NCBI GenBank assembly: GCA_043228905.1
Contig: JBHGNT010000018.1
Span: 806,001-870,000, forward strand
Reading direction: 5' to 3'
From: Azolla caroliniana
Lineage: Eukaryota > Plantae > Polypodiophyta
Length of the DNA: 64,000 nucleotides
The notes beneath the pieces are model-generated. The model made no database searches. It was not told the origin of the DNA and worked only from the letters and a program-made list of their open reading frames with translations. Below, piece by piece: positions 11,794 through 25,639 of this stretch. How positions within the stretch are numbered: the first letter of the stretch is position 1; every line of letters begins with the position of its first letter. The translations under genes and the position numbers were made by a program.

Positions 11794-11856
11794 TGTAAAG
11801 AATCAAGAGATGGATTCTGTGCAGCGGAATAGATATGAATTGTGTGTGTATGAGAG

Positions 11857-11888
<32 letters not shown>

Positions 11889-12196
11889 AGATAAGGAGTA
11901 AGACACAGAGAATACGCAAGGTAAAATATATTAACAAAGGAGAAAGACTCAACATTATACAAGGTGGGAGGAGGGTGCTTTATATAGTCACCCTCTCTCT
12001 TCATTAACTACAAGACTCATGGAGCATGGGGAATGTGAAAGCTCATAAGTTATGTGTCATAGAATATGATTCTATGACTCATACTAAATGCTAGAATACA
12101 AAGAGGTGACATAATGGTGACTCTTGACCGTTGGAGTGTCTATTCACTCTCAAGGTGAGTTCACATGCTAGACCAAGTTGAGCTTGGTTCTCAACA
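11794..12196 (-). repeat. 5' LTR of the copia element
   Basis: Minus strand TGTTGAGAACC...CTTTACA, with a TATA box and CT/CA microsatellite, followed by the PBS. The partner LTR is outside the window, so the outer boundary is inferred. Confidence 0.82.
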
Positions 12197-15155
12197 ATTA
12201 GCTCTAAAGTGTCGTGGACTAGCAATGGGTAATTGCTTCTTTTGCAGTGTTCATATGGAAGATAGTACTCATTGATTTATACAATGTCCGATTGCTTGTC
12301 AGATTTGGAGTTATATTTCTCAAATTTGGCAGGTTTTATCACAGTGTTATTTGATGCCTAGACAGTGGGTGTTGGCACAATTTACACATGTTAACCCAAA
12401 ATTAGAAATGGAGATCGTTTTCCTATTTCTGAGGTATTGGGGATTGCATCATAATTGGGATATGCGCAACGCTTTTGTATTTGATGGTAGGCATGGAGTA
12501 AAAGCATATCTACAAAAGTTGGAGTACTCATGTGGCAATTTTCTTTATTGGAGAAAGTGGAGATTCTTTCTTCAATGGAGTGTTCATCTTGCCTATTGGC
12601 AATTCAACATGTTCCACTACCCATGCAATGTAGTTAGTCGGTGACCATACTCCATTGTGACACCTATTGTAAGTAGTGTTTTTCACACACTTTTATTAAT
12701 ATAATTGTGTGTTTTCACCAGAGACAAACTGACAGAGAGAGAGAGAGAGACAAAGGCAGAGACAAATTCTTATGGACTTGAGAGGTCAAATATTACCTAT
12801 GAGACCAAAAATATAACATTTCACATAATACATGTGCAAGGAGTAGCGACTCTTGATGTTAAAGAACTCTACTAATCAATGTTGCAATCAAGAATGCACA
12901 ATATGACTGTGTGGAAAGGGTAATCGAATGTGATCAAAGGTAGAGAGCATTGTATCAAAGTATGATACTCAAATTCCCGTACTTGTTTAGGGCAAAGTGC
13001 ACATAGTTGACTACTCTCATCACTTGTGCCTCGTGCACCATCTCACTAAGTCACACGGAAGCAACGGTTGGGATGATAGACAACAAGATGGGCTCTAACA
13101 TGTATTGGTGTGTGCAGTTTCCCTGTTCAATGAAGAATATAGTTGTGTAGTTAAGTGCAACATATTTAGTATAATGTGTGAAGCTTGATTATAATGTGTG
13201 GAGCAAGAGTTCTAGCTTGTAATTCAAAGTGAAGCTTAAGGCTAAAGGTCAAGAAGAAGAGCTCAAGTGTAATAAAATTCCTTTTATATCTCACTTACAA
13301 AAAAGGTTGTCTCCTATCACATAGGGGTGACCCTTTTGGCTTAAAGCTCTAGGGGCAATTTTGTTCGATTACCTTTTCTCCTAATATTACACTTAGTTTA
13401 GTACCAACACCAATGCCACTATTTTCATGGTTGTCTCAGGAGTGCTCTAAGTGTATTGCACCTTCGGACAAATTTGGTGCAAACCCTCAAATGAAACTTA
13501 AACTCTCAAACAAGTTGGGCATCTGAAACAAAAAAATGCCCACTCCTGAAAGCAAACATGGAGGCACAACACCAAGAGTGAAATTTTCCTACTTTATCAA
13601 TTTAGAGGACATCATCAAAGTTGGAGAAGAAAAGGAGCAACATGACCTTCAACTTGTGTGAATCATCCTGGAGGAACCCTATGGAGGTGAAGTGTTACAT
13701 CTAGTGTGTGTATTCCTCCTCATTCCCCTATCAAGCGGGGATGGGCATTCACCTTGTGTGCTTCCCTAGGCTTGGGTACAACATTTCAAATGTCTACTTA
13801 ATCAGTATGAAAAGGGGATGAGTTAGATGGTATGATGGTCAAGTTTAAAGCTCTCCATGGTATGATGGTATGATGGTATGACGGTATGACGGATCATGGA
13901 TAAGAAAACATTAACTTTAAGAAGCTCACTATCCAAATTATGAAGCTCATCTTCCACTTTGTTGCCAAAGAAGATTCCACTAAATGCACTAAACTATATG
14001 TCAATCAACGAGTCACTCACTTACACATTTTTGCTTTGTGTCATGTTAGCATAAGGAATTAATTACCAATTTGAGGTACGTTCTAAAAAGGAGCTGATGT
14101 GCCAAGGGAAAGCATACACTCAAACATTCTCTATATGTAGGATTTTATGTGGAACTTCAACTTTCTTTAGGTGCTTTTAAACATCTTATTGTCTACTTAC
14201 CTTTATGGACACACGCGTGCACACAATAACATTGAACTTATCTGGTTTCACCCAATAAGAGTTTTTCCACAGCCATATAAAAAATAGAGAACAATTAATA
14301 ATTCATTTGTGTAAATAGTAGGAAAACTAGGAAAAGTTTTAATTGTTATTGCACTTACCAATTGCATTATGTGCCATTTCAATGGAGCATAAATAATGGA
14401 GTAAATAAATTTGTTAGATAAATCGCATCTTATTTCATTTGGAAAAGTAAAGTAAAAATCTATATCCTATTCCTTACATGCTTAAAATTCATTGCTTTTT
14501 GTAATTTGACTCAAGTTTAGGGTTTCTTAGCAAGATATTAGAAAAAGAATCTAGCAAACAATTATTTCACACAATTCAATTCTGAAACACTACATTTCAA
14601 ATCCTAACATTGTTAGTGATGCTTGTTACGACATGGGGAGCATCAAGAAACCGTGCTACCTTCATGCCATCAATGATATTGACAAAATAGGTCATAAATT
14701 TGTATGTTTGACTTACAATATTTAACTATCATAATGCTGTAACATCATGCGAAGAGATCCATTCTCATTTCATATGAGACATTTGCCTTAATTTTCCTCG
14801 ATTTCTACATTGTTAATCAATACATCTATTATGAATTTCCTACAAGAATCAATAGATAGCCATTCCCATTAGGGATGAGGGAGGGGGTAATTATAAACAA
14901 CTTTCATTTGGAGACCATGATGCTACTCTCTCACATCAATCTCACAATCAATTTTACACAATATTTTCACTTATAGGAAAGAGCACACTTAGGAGTCTCG
15001 ATACAATTTTCTATCACAATCCCCAATATATTCGGGAATTATCTAAATGGGAAAATCTTTATAAGACTTCTCTTGAAATATGGAACCTTAATAATTTACA
15101 ATACACAATTGGTGAACAACATATAAAAAAACTCTCTAGAAATCAAATGATGTAA

Positions 15156-16238
15156 TTAACCATGCTCATTTAACAACTCTAACCAAACTTGAGTGAAGAC
15201 CCTAACAATGAGATCATGGCAATCCTTTGAGTTGAGGATAAGATAACATTGCAAAAGCTCTAGCATATCATGTGGTCTATGCATGAGGTGCTTCTCGTGA
15301 AGGATCATTTCCACCATAGATTCTTCGAAGTCTTTCTTAGGATCATAACTACATCTAACCACGGGATTAAAGCTATCGAAGATCTCGTGACAAGTCGCCT
15401 TGGTCGCCACCTTTGTTGAAGCACTGGGGAGCTTATTGGATCCCCCTTGTTGATCACCACTAATAATATTGGTACTATCACAACTACCTCCACGAACTTG
15501 TGCATTAAAGGACCTATTGCTATTATAAGGTGAGTTGGACATAATGATACTACTAGCACCACTGCTACAAGTACTAGTAATGGTACTTGTACAAGTACTA
15601 CTACTAGTATTAAGAAGTCCATTAAATGGTTCTTTGTTGTTGTAAGGCCATTTGATCATACAATCCTTCTCCTTCTCCTTCTCCTTCATCATCTTGAACT
15701 TGGCATAATTGGACATTGTATCTATTCCACTTGAGCATTGCTTCATTAGACTTGATTTTGGCATAGATGTTCTTCTCGAGAACTTATCATCCTCGATGCT
15801 TGGATAGTACCCCTTGGTCATTACACAACTATCAATGCCGGTACCGCCAGACATGTTTGCATCGTCGAGGCCAATATCCTTAGAGTCACGACGCCGCCCA
15901 TATAAGAAGCCATTTCTCATCTTTCCGATTCCATTATCTCGAATTCGGGGGGTTTCATCATCTATACTTATGAAATCATCACTTATATGAATAGTATCCT
16001 CTTCATGGACTACTTGCAAAGGCAAGTTTCTCTGGTGATGGCTAATCATAACATTGGAGTTCTTATAAGAGATCTTTTTACCAACAACATCATGAGGAGG
16101 GCTGTAATGAGTCATATGATAATCTTCTTCTAATAATGGAGGGCTCTCTATATGCCAATATTTCCTTCTATCTTCAAAATGAAACCCTTGGAGGGCCTTT
16201 AGCTTACACTCTAACTCTCTCACATCAAACGTAGCCAT
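15156..16238 (-). CDS. OFP: OVATE family protein (transcriptional repressor), intronless, 360 aa
   Basis: C-terminal OVATE domain VVRCSYDPKKDFEESMVEMI...LELLQCYLILNSKDCHDLIVRVFTQVW; Ser-rich middle. Confidence 0.93.
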   Translation of the reverse strand: MATFDVRELECKLKALQGFHFEDRRKYWHIESPPLLEEDYHMTHYSPPHDVVGKKISYKNSNVMISHHQRNLPLQVVHEEDTIHISDDFISIDDETPRIRDNGIGKMRNGFLYGRRRDSKDIGLDDANMSGGTGIDSCVMTKGYYPSIEDDKFSRRTSMPKSSLMKQCSSGIDTMSNYAKFKMMKEKEKEKDCMIKWPYNNKEPFNGLLNTSSSTCTSTITSTCSSGASSIIMSNSPYNSNRSFNAQVRGGSCDSTNIISGDQQGGSNKLPSASTKVATKATCHEIFDSFNPVVRCSYDPKKDFEESMVEMILHEKHLMHRPHDMLELLQCYLILNSKDCHDLIVRVFTQVWLELLNEHG

Positions 16239-19200
16239 TTGGAAATCTAACTAGTAACCCTATATGGGTGTCTTAAAGACTGCTAAAACTTCCGCTTAGT
16301 GACCTTAATAAGGGTTTTTTAATGGCTGCTAAATATTGTGGGAGGGCCTAGAGTATGTAACGTTTCTGTGATCGTTTATATATAGTGGGTTTATCATCAG
16401 CATTGAAGCTATAGCTATGTAAGTGAATAAGTAATGAATGACATGAAGTCATGGAAGTATGAGGAATTAAAGTTTTGTCACTGATATTGAGGATGAGAAG
16501 AATCCATGATGAAAGAGAAAGGCCCTCATAGACTTTAGTAAGAAGAAAAGAAAGAAGGAAGAAGGAGAGAAACAGAACAGAGGAATGGTGCAATTCAATG
16601 CACTCTTTTCCCAATACCTCCTTATAAAGATGTTTTTGTTCTTCCTTTTATTTTATTTTTTGTACATAAAGTTGTGCCTATACAATACCTTTAAACTTGT
16701 TGATTCTTTCTTTTTGTGAAAAGCTCTAGAAAAGTATGGGAAGTTTTCATTTATAGGACTAGTATTATGATTTTATCCACCATTCAACATTTGCCTCTCA
16801 AGCTTCCAAATGACCCTGACCCTTCTTGTGTGTATCTCCTGCTTCATTCTCTAGCTTTTCGACCCAAACACGGTGTTTGAGTGTGCACGTGCCGATCCTT
16901 GCCTACTTCTTCTAATCCACGAGTGAGGCTAGAAGATGTTTGGAAACCTCATTTGGAGAGGGCCAAAGTGGACGTCTCCCTTTATGGTGTTAATCATGTT
17001 TGTTCGTTAAAAGGATTGTTAGTGAGGAGTGAAGCTAGAAGATATCAATAACTCCTTATAGAGGGAGTATGTGCATCCCCTCGTCTCAATGCTAGTCATG
17101 TTTTGTTGATTGAAATGTCTGTTATTGCTAGACTATTCCTCATTGTAATCATCCTCTCGACTCTCAACACTAGATGAAGGATTCATTTGCAATGTGGTGC
17201 AACATCACATTCCACGTATTAGCTTCCCGATGCACGATTGTAGTCATATTGACTTTTTGTGTGCATATTGTTTCACAATAATATAATAACATTTAGGAGA
17301 AAAATAAAATGGTGGACTACTCCCAACCGGGGTAGAAGGTGTTAAAATATCTCCCTCTTCGGTATGATCGAGTGTGTGTGCACATGTGTGTGGTGACTCA
17401 TGGGCACTCTTTTGTTACAAGCAAGTGGAGGTAGAAAAGGCTAAAATATCAAATGTGTGTGTGTGTGTGTGCGCGCGCGTGTAAGTTACACACAAGTGAG
17501 GTTAGAATATGTTATAATATCCCTCTCTTGAATGTGTGACAAAATGTATGTTACGAATCTTACTTCACTTCTTTATCAGGGGAGAAACTTCTCGAGAGGT
17601 CATTCATACTAATTTAGACCTCACATTTGCGTTGTTAATTCCAAATCCCTCCTTAGCCCATAGACATTGAAAGCACATGGAATTAGGAACCTCCTGAGGC
17701 CGATAAAAATCTAAAACAAAGCACCACATTACCGTATTCCTTCCCCTTATATGTGAGGTAGAATATTATCCCAAGAGACAAGTGACAAAGGTGTAAGCAT
17801 CCAAATTAGTTTTACAAGCCTTTTCGAACATGTTAAGATTGTTCTTTTAACAAGGCCACTATATTCATGAGAATAGGTGTCAATTGTGGAGAAGTTTGAT
17901 GTTGGTTGTTGGACTTCAACTTTTCCGAAAAGGATAGTTATCGATGAGTACTCAAGAGGAGAGGACTTCCAATTTTCCTTGTACTTAAAAATACACATTT
18001 GGAATCGATCATATCACATGAGTCTCACTATAATCGTGAACTTTAATGGAGATGATTACCTTCAATTTCAAGAATCACTTTTAGTGCTTAAATTTAAGAC
18101 AATTGCACTAATTCAACATGTTCCCCACTTCAAATACAGAGGGAGGTTTTGCACATCCTCCATTTGTGGGTTGTATATAGTGATAGTGTAGGACCATTTA
18201 TTTTGTCCTTTAATGCAGAATTAAAATAGATCAATATGGTACAATGCCCCACATTAAAATGATTGCAAGTCATGTACACCTTCGACACTTTGTATTACAT
18301 ACAATGTTCAGTCAACGCATTGGATCTAAAACATTTATGCCTCCAAAATTTTGAGGTAAGAAAGAGCTTTCTAAAGACTTGTATATTTCTGCTCTCATGT
18401 CTGTCATTTAAGTTTCGACCATAATTGTCTTGAAATATGTTCCTTGACTTTTCCTTCACTTTGAATGGTTATTGCTTCATCATTCAAAAAAATTTAGCTC
18501 GTATACTGCAAATCATGATTAAATAATATATACCATGATCTATGTTTATGCAAGCTTTGGAGTTTTGATGGAAGGGCTTATTAGCATGGGGAGGGGAGGG
18601 TCATGGAAAATGTTTGCCATATTTACAAACTAGCTAATCTAATCTGAAATGGATATTGATAGCATTTTGTATGAAGACTTATTTATAATCTTGAAGTTAA
18701 TATATTTAACCTATTATACCATGACAATTTTTTAAATATAAGGGTTAATGCCTTGCTCTCAATTCATTTATGTGGTGATTATAGAGTGAAGGCATGACCG
18801 AGGATTATAGAAATCGTGTGTGGAAGATATTAGTTGTATGAGGAAGCTATTCTCTAAGCCCAAATGATTGTCAATGTATATGTTGTAATGGTTATGATTG
18901 ATGTATTGGACATGCAAACAATGTGGAGAGGGACATGTGTGTGCACAGACGTACATACACATAAGTTATAACACATGCTCCAACCCTAACCCCCAATGTG
19001 GCGTTTAGGGTTTTCTTTGTCCTAAGGTAATACCAATCATTTTGTATGTCTGCCTTGCGTTCCTATTCTCTTTGAATACTTTTTTAGTAGTACATGAATC
19101 AAGGATGGAAGCTAATCGAGTCATTTCTTTTTCCGCGCTTGTGCGGTTGATTCTTCAAATTCTTAATCATATACATATCCATTAAATTCACAAAAGCCAA

Positions 19201-19279
19201 ATTGCAAATGCTAGATGGTTTGATGCTTGCATCAAATGCCCCACATAAGAGCTCAATGTCAGTCTGGTCCAAGCCTATA

Positions 19280-19514
19280 TCGAGTTGTCAAACTATTTTA
19301 AAACGGTTTGGCGGTTTGGCTTAGGCTTGAGCTTCCCAAACCCGTTTGAGCTTGGTTTGGCAAGGCTCAACCTAAACCGAACTGTTTTGGGCCAAACCGG
19401 TTAGGCTCATTCGATTTAGCCATACCAATTTCTCAACCAATTTAGGACCCAGTTCGGTTCAAGTTTGAAAACTTCCAAACTGGTTACACCAAAACCGAAC
19501 CGTTGCCAAATCCT
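19280..19514. mobile_element. Degenerate AACCG-rich hAT/MITE fragment
   Basis: Many AAACCG/CGGTTT motifs ending in CCGTTGCCAAATCCTA, similar to the TIR of the neighbouring MITE. Confidence 0.45.
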
Positions 19515-20226
19515 AGGTTTGGGTGCGTCGGAATCGCCCCTGACTTGTCATGAGTAGGGAGAGGGAGGAATCACAGGAGACAAGCCTAGCCATAACATCA
19601 TATGTATGAAAAATGGAGAAGGGGCTACTTTTATAATTATTCAAATCAATTTGAAAGAAAGTGTGCAACCCCTTGAATCTCCTCCCAGGTCTCTCTTTGC
19701 AAGGTGATGCCCTTCAAATCCTAACCCTAATTTCTCTTTTTCTTTCTTCTCTCTCTGGCGTACGATCAATCGGAAGAAAACTTGAAAATGCTCAAGGAGT
19801 CCTAATTTACCTCCCCTTTTTCGTCTTCTATCACGGACCAAGATAGACTAATAGAGAACGTGTGTTCTACATCTGCATCGTCTTCGTCGTCTTCTTCATA
19901 TAGATATGTTCATCGCCCCGTGACTCGCGCCTTCAGGAAGAAATTAGGGTTTAGCCTTCCTTCTTCTTACTATTAGGCATGGAAAGCCATAACACTAGCA
20001 ATACAAAATCTAACCCTAATACCAACAACTATGACATGAGACACCTCGAACCTAACCCAAACATCACAAGAAGCTTCTCCTGGCATTGTGTTGAGATGGC
20101 CAAAAATCGATGCCCATTTTGGAAGCTTGAATTCTCGGCTAACAACCAAAATTTTCCTGGTAGTTGAAGAAGACCTTAGGTTTGAGACCCAATTTTCTCA
20201 CCTCTCTATTACTCCATATATATATC

Positions 20227-20442
20227 TAACAATCGACAACTATTAGGTTCGGTTCAGTTTGGTTTGAGAGGGTCAAAACTAAACTGTTTAAAAATTTTGA
20301 AACCTAAACCAAACCGTTAAAATCGTGGTTTTGTGGTTTGATTTTGGTTTTAAAATTTTAAAGATGTTCCTAAAATGTGAGAATAAGGTCTAAAAATGAA
20401 AAGATTGTTTAAAAACAATTTTTTAAATTTTATTTTATTTTT
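20227..20442 (-). mobile_element. Truncated inverted copy of the MITE at 20478-20996
   Basis: Starts with TIR TAACAATCGACAAC; reverse-complement match to about 20620-20996. Confidence 0.75.
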
Positions 20443-20477
20443 TTAGAAGGTCCTGGCTTCAACCCCTACATTTCCAC

Positions 20478-20996
20478 TAACAATCGGCAATGGTTAGGTT
20501 TGAACCGAACCGAACCGCGGTTTAACGGCTTAACAGTTCGGTTCAATTTCAACAGTCAAAAACCGCGGTTTAAATGGTTAAACGGTTTTATTTTTACAAA
20601 ATTTTAAAAAAATTTTAAAAAATCGAAAATTTGTTTTTAAATAATCTTTTCATTTTTAGACCTTATTCTCACATTTTAGGAACATCTTTAAAATTTAAAA
20701 AAAATTTAAAAAAAAGAAATATTATAAATTTTAAAAAATTAAAAATTAAAAATTTGACCTATGTTGAAAACCGAAACCGAACCACGAAACCGCGGTTTTG
20801 CGGTTTAATGGTTTAACAGTTTGAAAATTTATTACCAGTTCGTTTTAACGGTTTAACGGTTTGAAAATTTATTACCGGTTTGGTTTAACAGTTTCGTGGT
20901 TTGGTTCGATTTGGTTCAGGTTTCAAAAAATGTAAACAGTGCGGTTTGGACCCTCTCAAACCGAACTTAACCGAACCGAACCGTTGTCGATTGTTA
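20478..20996. mobile_element. Non-autonomous hAT-type element (MITE), 519 bp
   Basis: TIRs TAACAATCGGCAA / TTGTCGATTGTTA; perfect 8-bp TSD ATTTCCAC (20470-20477, 20997-21004); AACCG subterminal repeats. Confidence 0.9.
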
Positions 20997-21366
20997 ATTT
21001 CCACAGTCACATTTAGTAAGTTAAGAGGATATATATAACATTCGGCAACGGTTTGGATCAAACCGAACCGAACCGTGAAACCACTACTCAACGGTTTAAT
21101 CGGTTCAGTTTCAACAGTTAGAAATAGCGGTTTAAACGGTTTAACGACTTTTTTTAAATCTTTAAAAATTAAAAATTAAAAAATTGTTATACCGTTTAAA
21201 CCGCGGGTTCTAACTGTTGAAACCGAACCGAACCGATTAAACCGTTGAGCCACGGTTTCACAGTTCAGTTTGGTTCAAACTGAACCGTTACCGATTGTTA
21301 TATATATCCTCTTAACTTACTAGATGCAGTTGTGGAAATGTAAAGGTTGAACCCATGACCTTCTAG
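20997..21366. repeat. Long inverted repeat of two MITE ends plus their shared flank
   Basis: 20997-~21145 is the reverse complement of ~21190-21339; 21340-21366 pairs with 20443-20469. Confidence 0.85.
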
Positions 21367-22786
21367 GACAACCTTACCAACTCTCTCTCTCTCTCTCTAC
21401 GATCAACCAACTTTCTCCACATTGTTGTATTAGCAAGCAAGGTTTTGGGCCCCCTAAGTGGGGCATATTTAGTTTGTAGAAATTTGAATTCTATTTATTA
21501 CTCGGGGAACTTGAAATCTAGGTGCACCTCATATATCTTTAGTTTTACATCCTAGATTTTAGATGCCTTTTGTATTTTTTTGTATCTATGTACTTTAGAT
21601 ATTGTGCATTACAACTTCATAATAAACATAAGGCAAATGAATATGTATAACCTTAAGATCGCATCAATGACAAAATTGTTTTTTATAAGAATGAACTCTT
21701 TATTTTCAAAAGGTTGATTCACATCACAATGAAGAAGAAATGAAAGTATTTGATCTCTTCTCTATCTTTAGTCTCATAATTTTGCTTGCAAAATATGGGG
21801 CATTGTAAGCAGAGAAATTTTTCAAGTAGAAGGGAAATCACCCTTTTGTTTTGATTTGTCATTTATATAATTGGAGGAGAGAGAAAGGAGTATGGCATAG
21901 TGCGTGAAATGTTATGATTCACAACAAACATTGTATGTGCAAATGGCAATTTTTTCATGGTTGTAATCTTTGCTAGATCTTCAACAACTTCTAGTTCATC
22001 ACCAACTTGTAAGTATGCATACGGCATTGTACAACCTACTATTATATACAAAGGGATGATACACATTTTTTATTTGGAATGGACATTGGGGGGGGGGGGG
22101 GGGGGGGGCGGGGGCAATAACGTTGTAGATACATTCAATGTGGAAGGGACTTTGGGAGGACATCAAATGCACAATAAAAAACAATGTCACAAATGCACAT
22201 AGTATATGACACATGGGGAGGACTTCAAACAAGAAGCAACCCATGGTAAAGAATTGATACCACCAATGCAGAGAATATATGAGACCAAAATGAGAAGTCC
22301 AATAGTTACCACATTGTCTGGCACTCATAAACATATGCCAACAATAGCGTGGCCATTGTGCGCCAAATGAGCGAAGGTTATGTATCATGTGGGCATGGAG
22401 AACATTTGTAAACGAAGGGATAGTGATATGTTTATAGGGAGAGAGAAGTTCTAAGCAAGGAATAGTGTGTTCATGAAAAAGAAGATGAAGAATCTCTTTT
22501 TGTGAATAGTGAGATTTGTTTTCCTTTCTATTACAGTGGGCAACTTCCTTATAAGGTGAGGAATTAGTGAATGCAATGGATATATGTATGTGTGTGTGGG
22601 CACACTTCTTTTTTGGAGGTACATCATTCATACTTAATCAATCAGTGTACTAAAGAGATGATCTTCAATGAAACAACACTTGGTTTGTTTAATATACAAA
22701 TAGTTCACAATTAAGTGGTACTTAACATTATTAATCAATCATTTGAAGAAGGGGGCATTCATATTGCCCTTAGTGTTCAAGGAAAA

Positions 22787-24518
22787 ATGGGTATTGGACA
22801 ATCCCAATCTGCTTCTACACCAGATCCTGAAAATGTGTCAAAGGCGGGTATGGATCTTGGATTTTATTCATGGTTTTTGATTGTTCAAAATGTGATAGGG
22901 TTGTTGTTGTCAGTGCCCGTGCTTGTGATTGGGATATCTTCTTTGGTGCACAACAATGAATGTTCCAAAATCTTGGACAAGCCCACTATTGTAGTAGGTG
23001 CACTCCTCATGTTCCTTTCATTAGTAGGCTTATGTTTAGCCATTTCTAGCCATGGCGAAACCAATGCACTCAAACGAAATTGTGGCCAACTTATCATCAT
23101 GTTTTTACTCGTCATTCTGCTTTTTTGTTTTGCCATTTTCTCTCTGGAGATCACCAATGAGGACCTTGCACATCATATCACCACAGCCAATGGCCAAATC
23201 GTAACAGAATACAGACTATATGAGTACCCTAAGTGGATGCGGCATCGAGTGGTTCAACCATTAAAGTGGGCTAACATTAAGAGTTGCCTTATTCACAAGA
23301 ACATTTGTGGCACCATCAGTGTTGCTACCAACCTCACTCCTATACAGGTAAGGTACAAATGTGGTAAAACAATCTTCCTTGTGCTAGTTGTTTGCATCAT
23401 GTGGATAGAGCCATATCAACAAAGATGCAAGCCTAAATACAATGGGTTTCATTAGAACAAAAAAGAATTATAAACAACTCTTATATGTCTACCCATAAGG
23501 AGAGATGACATGAGCATTTAGATTAAATTGCAATGTTGTTGATGGGCCAAAAGGTTGAAAAATGCTTGGGAAGTTTATCATATAAATGTTTCTTCGAGGC
23601 CTATTCAAATACCCTTCTTTACAAGTTTATGGACAAAATTAAACCCTTAAATTTGTAAATGTCCCTTTCAAATGATATGTAAGAAATCATATTAGTGTCA
23701 AAGCTAATAACAATCGTCGATGTAGGGGAAAAACTTCATAGTAGTTGGTAGTTTTTCTTTAATTTCCTAAATGTCGTTGAGCTTTCGTTGTTTCCCTAAG
23801 TATCCTTTGTCAACTCCCTAAGAGTACTTTTCACTATTTTATTCATACAACTCACACAAGGAAGATTGCTTTCATACAACTAGCACACAGACTGTGACCT
23901 AATGTAGTAGATGTCAACTTGCACTATTCTTGTGCCCTTGTAAGAATTCAATGTGATATCATTATAATTAGTGGACAATATTGTAAATGTTAATGTATTC
24001 ATTATACCCCAAATTGCCACTTTTATGTATAGGGGGGATGTTGCAAACCACCAAGTGCTTGCAATATTAGCTACGTGGATGCATCATCTCAAAGACAAGA
24101 ACCCTCTAAAAGAAATATAGTGGAAACCAATGAAGTTTCAAACAAGGAAGCACCTATAATTACATGCCTTCATGAAAGTAAAACATGGAATACACAAGAA
24201 ATAGATTCTTTGAAGGGAGATGATACTCATATAATCAACACAGCAAGAGATATTATCAATATGACCTCGACTTATGATGTTGAAGAAGATAATGAAGAAA
24301 TTCTAAGCAAAACCATACATGCATATACACATGATTGCAATAATTGGAGCAATGTGCCAACCAAATTATGCTTTGATTGTGACACATGTAAAGCTGGCAT
24401 ACTCCAAAGTTCTATGGACCATTGGCACAAATCTGGAAAGCTTTATGTTGTATTAGTGATGATCATGATTGTCCAATATGCATTCTTTGCTTGTTATGGA
24501 TTTAAAAGTGATAATTAG
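22787..24518 (+). CDS. TET: Plant tetraspanin, exons 22787-23347 and 24033-24518, ~348 aa
   Basis: Three N-terminal TM helices, EYRLYEYPKW, WANIKSCL, GT-AG intron after LTPIQ, signature GCCKPP, DCNNWSN..LCFDCDTCKAG, fourth TM. Confidence 0.93.
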
Positions 24519-25443
24519 TTGCATTCAAGTGGGCCTATCAAATGTGGGACATTGACATACACATGCATGTATTCAACCCACAAGCACAAAGAAGTACATG
24601 GAAAAGAAAACTACATTTGGCACAAGAAACTTAATTTAATCTTATTGCATTTCATAGGTTAGATACTACCAAATGAGTAATGGTTGGTGTGAGTGCATAA
24701 TCTTCGGTGCACGTGCATGGATTCACTTGCAATGTTGGATCCTTTGATAGTTCCAATCAAGGAAACATTTCCAATTAATGATTTTGTTGTATTGTGGTAT
24801 TATGTTCTTGAATTATATTTATGTTCATTCTCCTCTCATAAAATCTAGTGTTTGGTTAAGGATAGTATCCCTACAATCCTTGGAAATTCATTAATGTGAG
24901 AACCGCCCTTGTAAGAACATGAACATGTAGTGGTATGCATTTGATTCACGTTTGCTTTCATTGACAAACTAGTTTATGATGCAAAAATATGAGTCTTCCT
25001 ATAGTACTATCACATGATTATATTTTAGCTCAAATGCTTGAAGCTTAAAGACATCAATGAAGATCATCAAATGCAACATTGGTTGATTCCTAAGAAGCTT
25101 ATACATTGTCATGTGGATTTGACAACATATGTGCAACCTTCTATATCACAAAAAAACAAATCACCTATAATGACATATGGGTTGTTGCTTAGCATCGTAA
25201 AAGTAGATGCTAACAACATAAAACGAGAAGCCATATGCAAGATGGGGTGTCAACAACGAAAAAGGTATTATGACCAAAGATATGAAACACTAATGAAATA
25301 TTTGGATTTGGCATAGGCTCTTTATTGACATTATCAAGTCCCTTTATGCAATTATGAATAGTCTAGAAGGATAATCCTCATATTTTTAAGCTGCAGAAAT
25401 TTGCAAATATGTTTGAACGAGGTTTATTAACGTCTATAAACTT

Positions 25444-25444
<1 letters not shown>

Positions 25445-25519
<75 letters not shown>
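25445..25519. repeat. (GT)n microsatellite
   Basis: About 37 perfect GT units. Confidence 0.95.
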
Positions 25520-25523
<4 letters not shown>

Positions 25524-25639
25524 TGCAATATGAAGTAATTCATGCCAGTGTTTTACTATTTGAATATTAGTGTTGGGGAGTCATATACAATAGTTTAAAG
25601 GTTCTTGATTCTTCATAGGAATGCAATAATATTTGGATC

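Larger units (their letters stand above)
1..12196 (-). mobile_element. Ty1/copia LTR retrotransposon, decayed; 3' part runs off the left edge; interrupted by gypsy element A at 1940-10611
   Basis: Minus-strand order LTR - PBS(Met) - gag - CCHC - protease (WFVDSGASNHM) - GAG-pre-integrase (LWHKRISHIN, CKACQFGKQ) - integrase (VHSDVWGP, QNGVAERKNR) - RT start (AMNEEMQALSKNETWDLV, GCRWIYKVK). Integrase before RT is the copia order. Confidence 0.96.

Noticed and set aside
17700-18200. Possible LINE ORF1 remnant (KYRGRFCTSSICG)
   Set aside because: Too degenerate to support.
21999-22631. 210-aa ORF with poly-Pro, and the G run at ~22088-22114
   Set aside because: The poly-Pro comes from a G homopolymer; no domain; a G-quadruplex role is unsupported.
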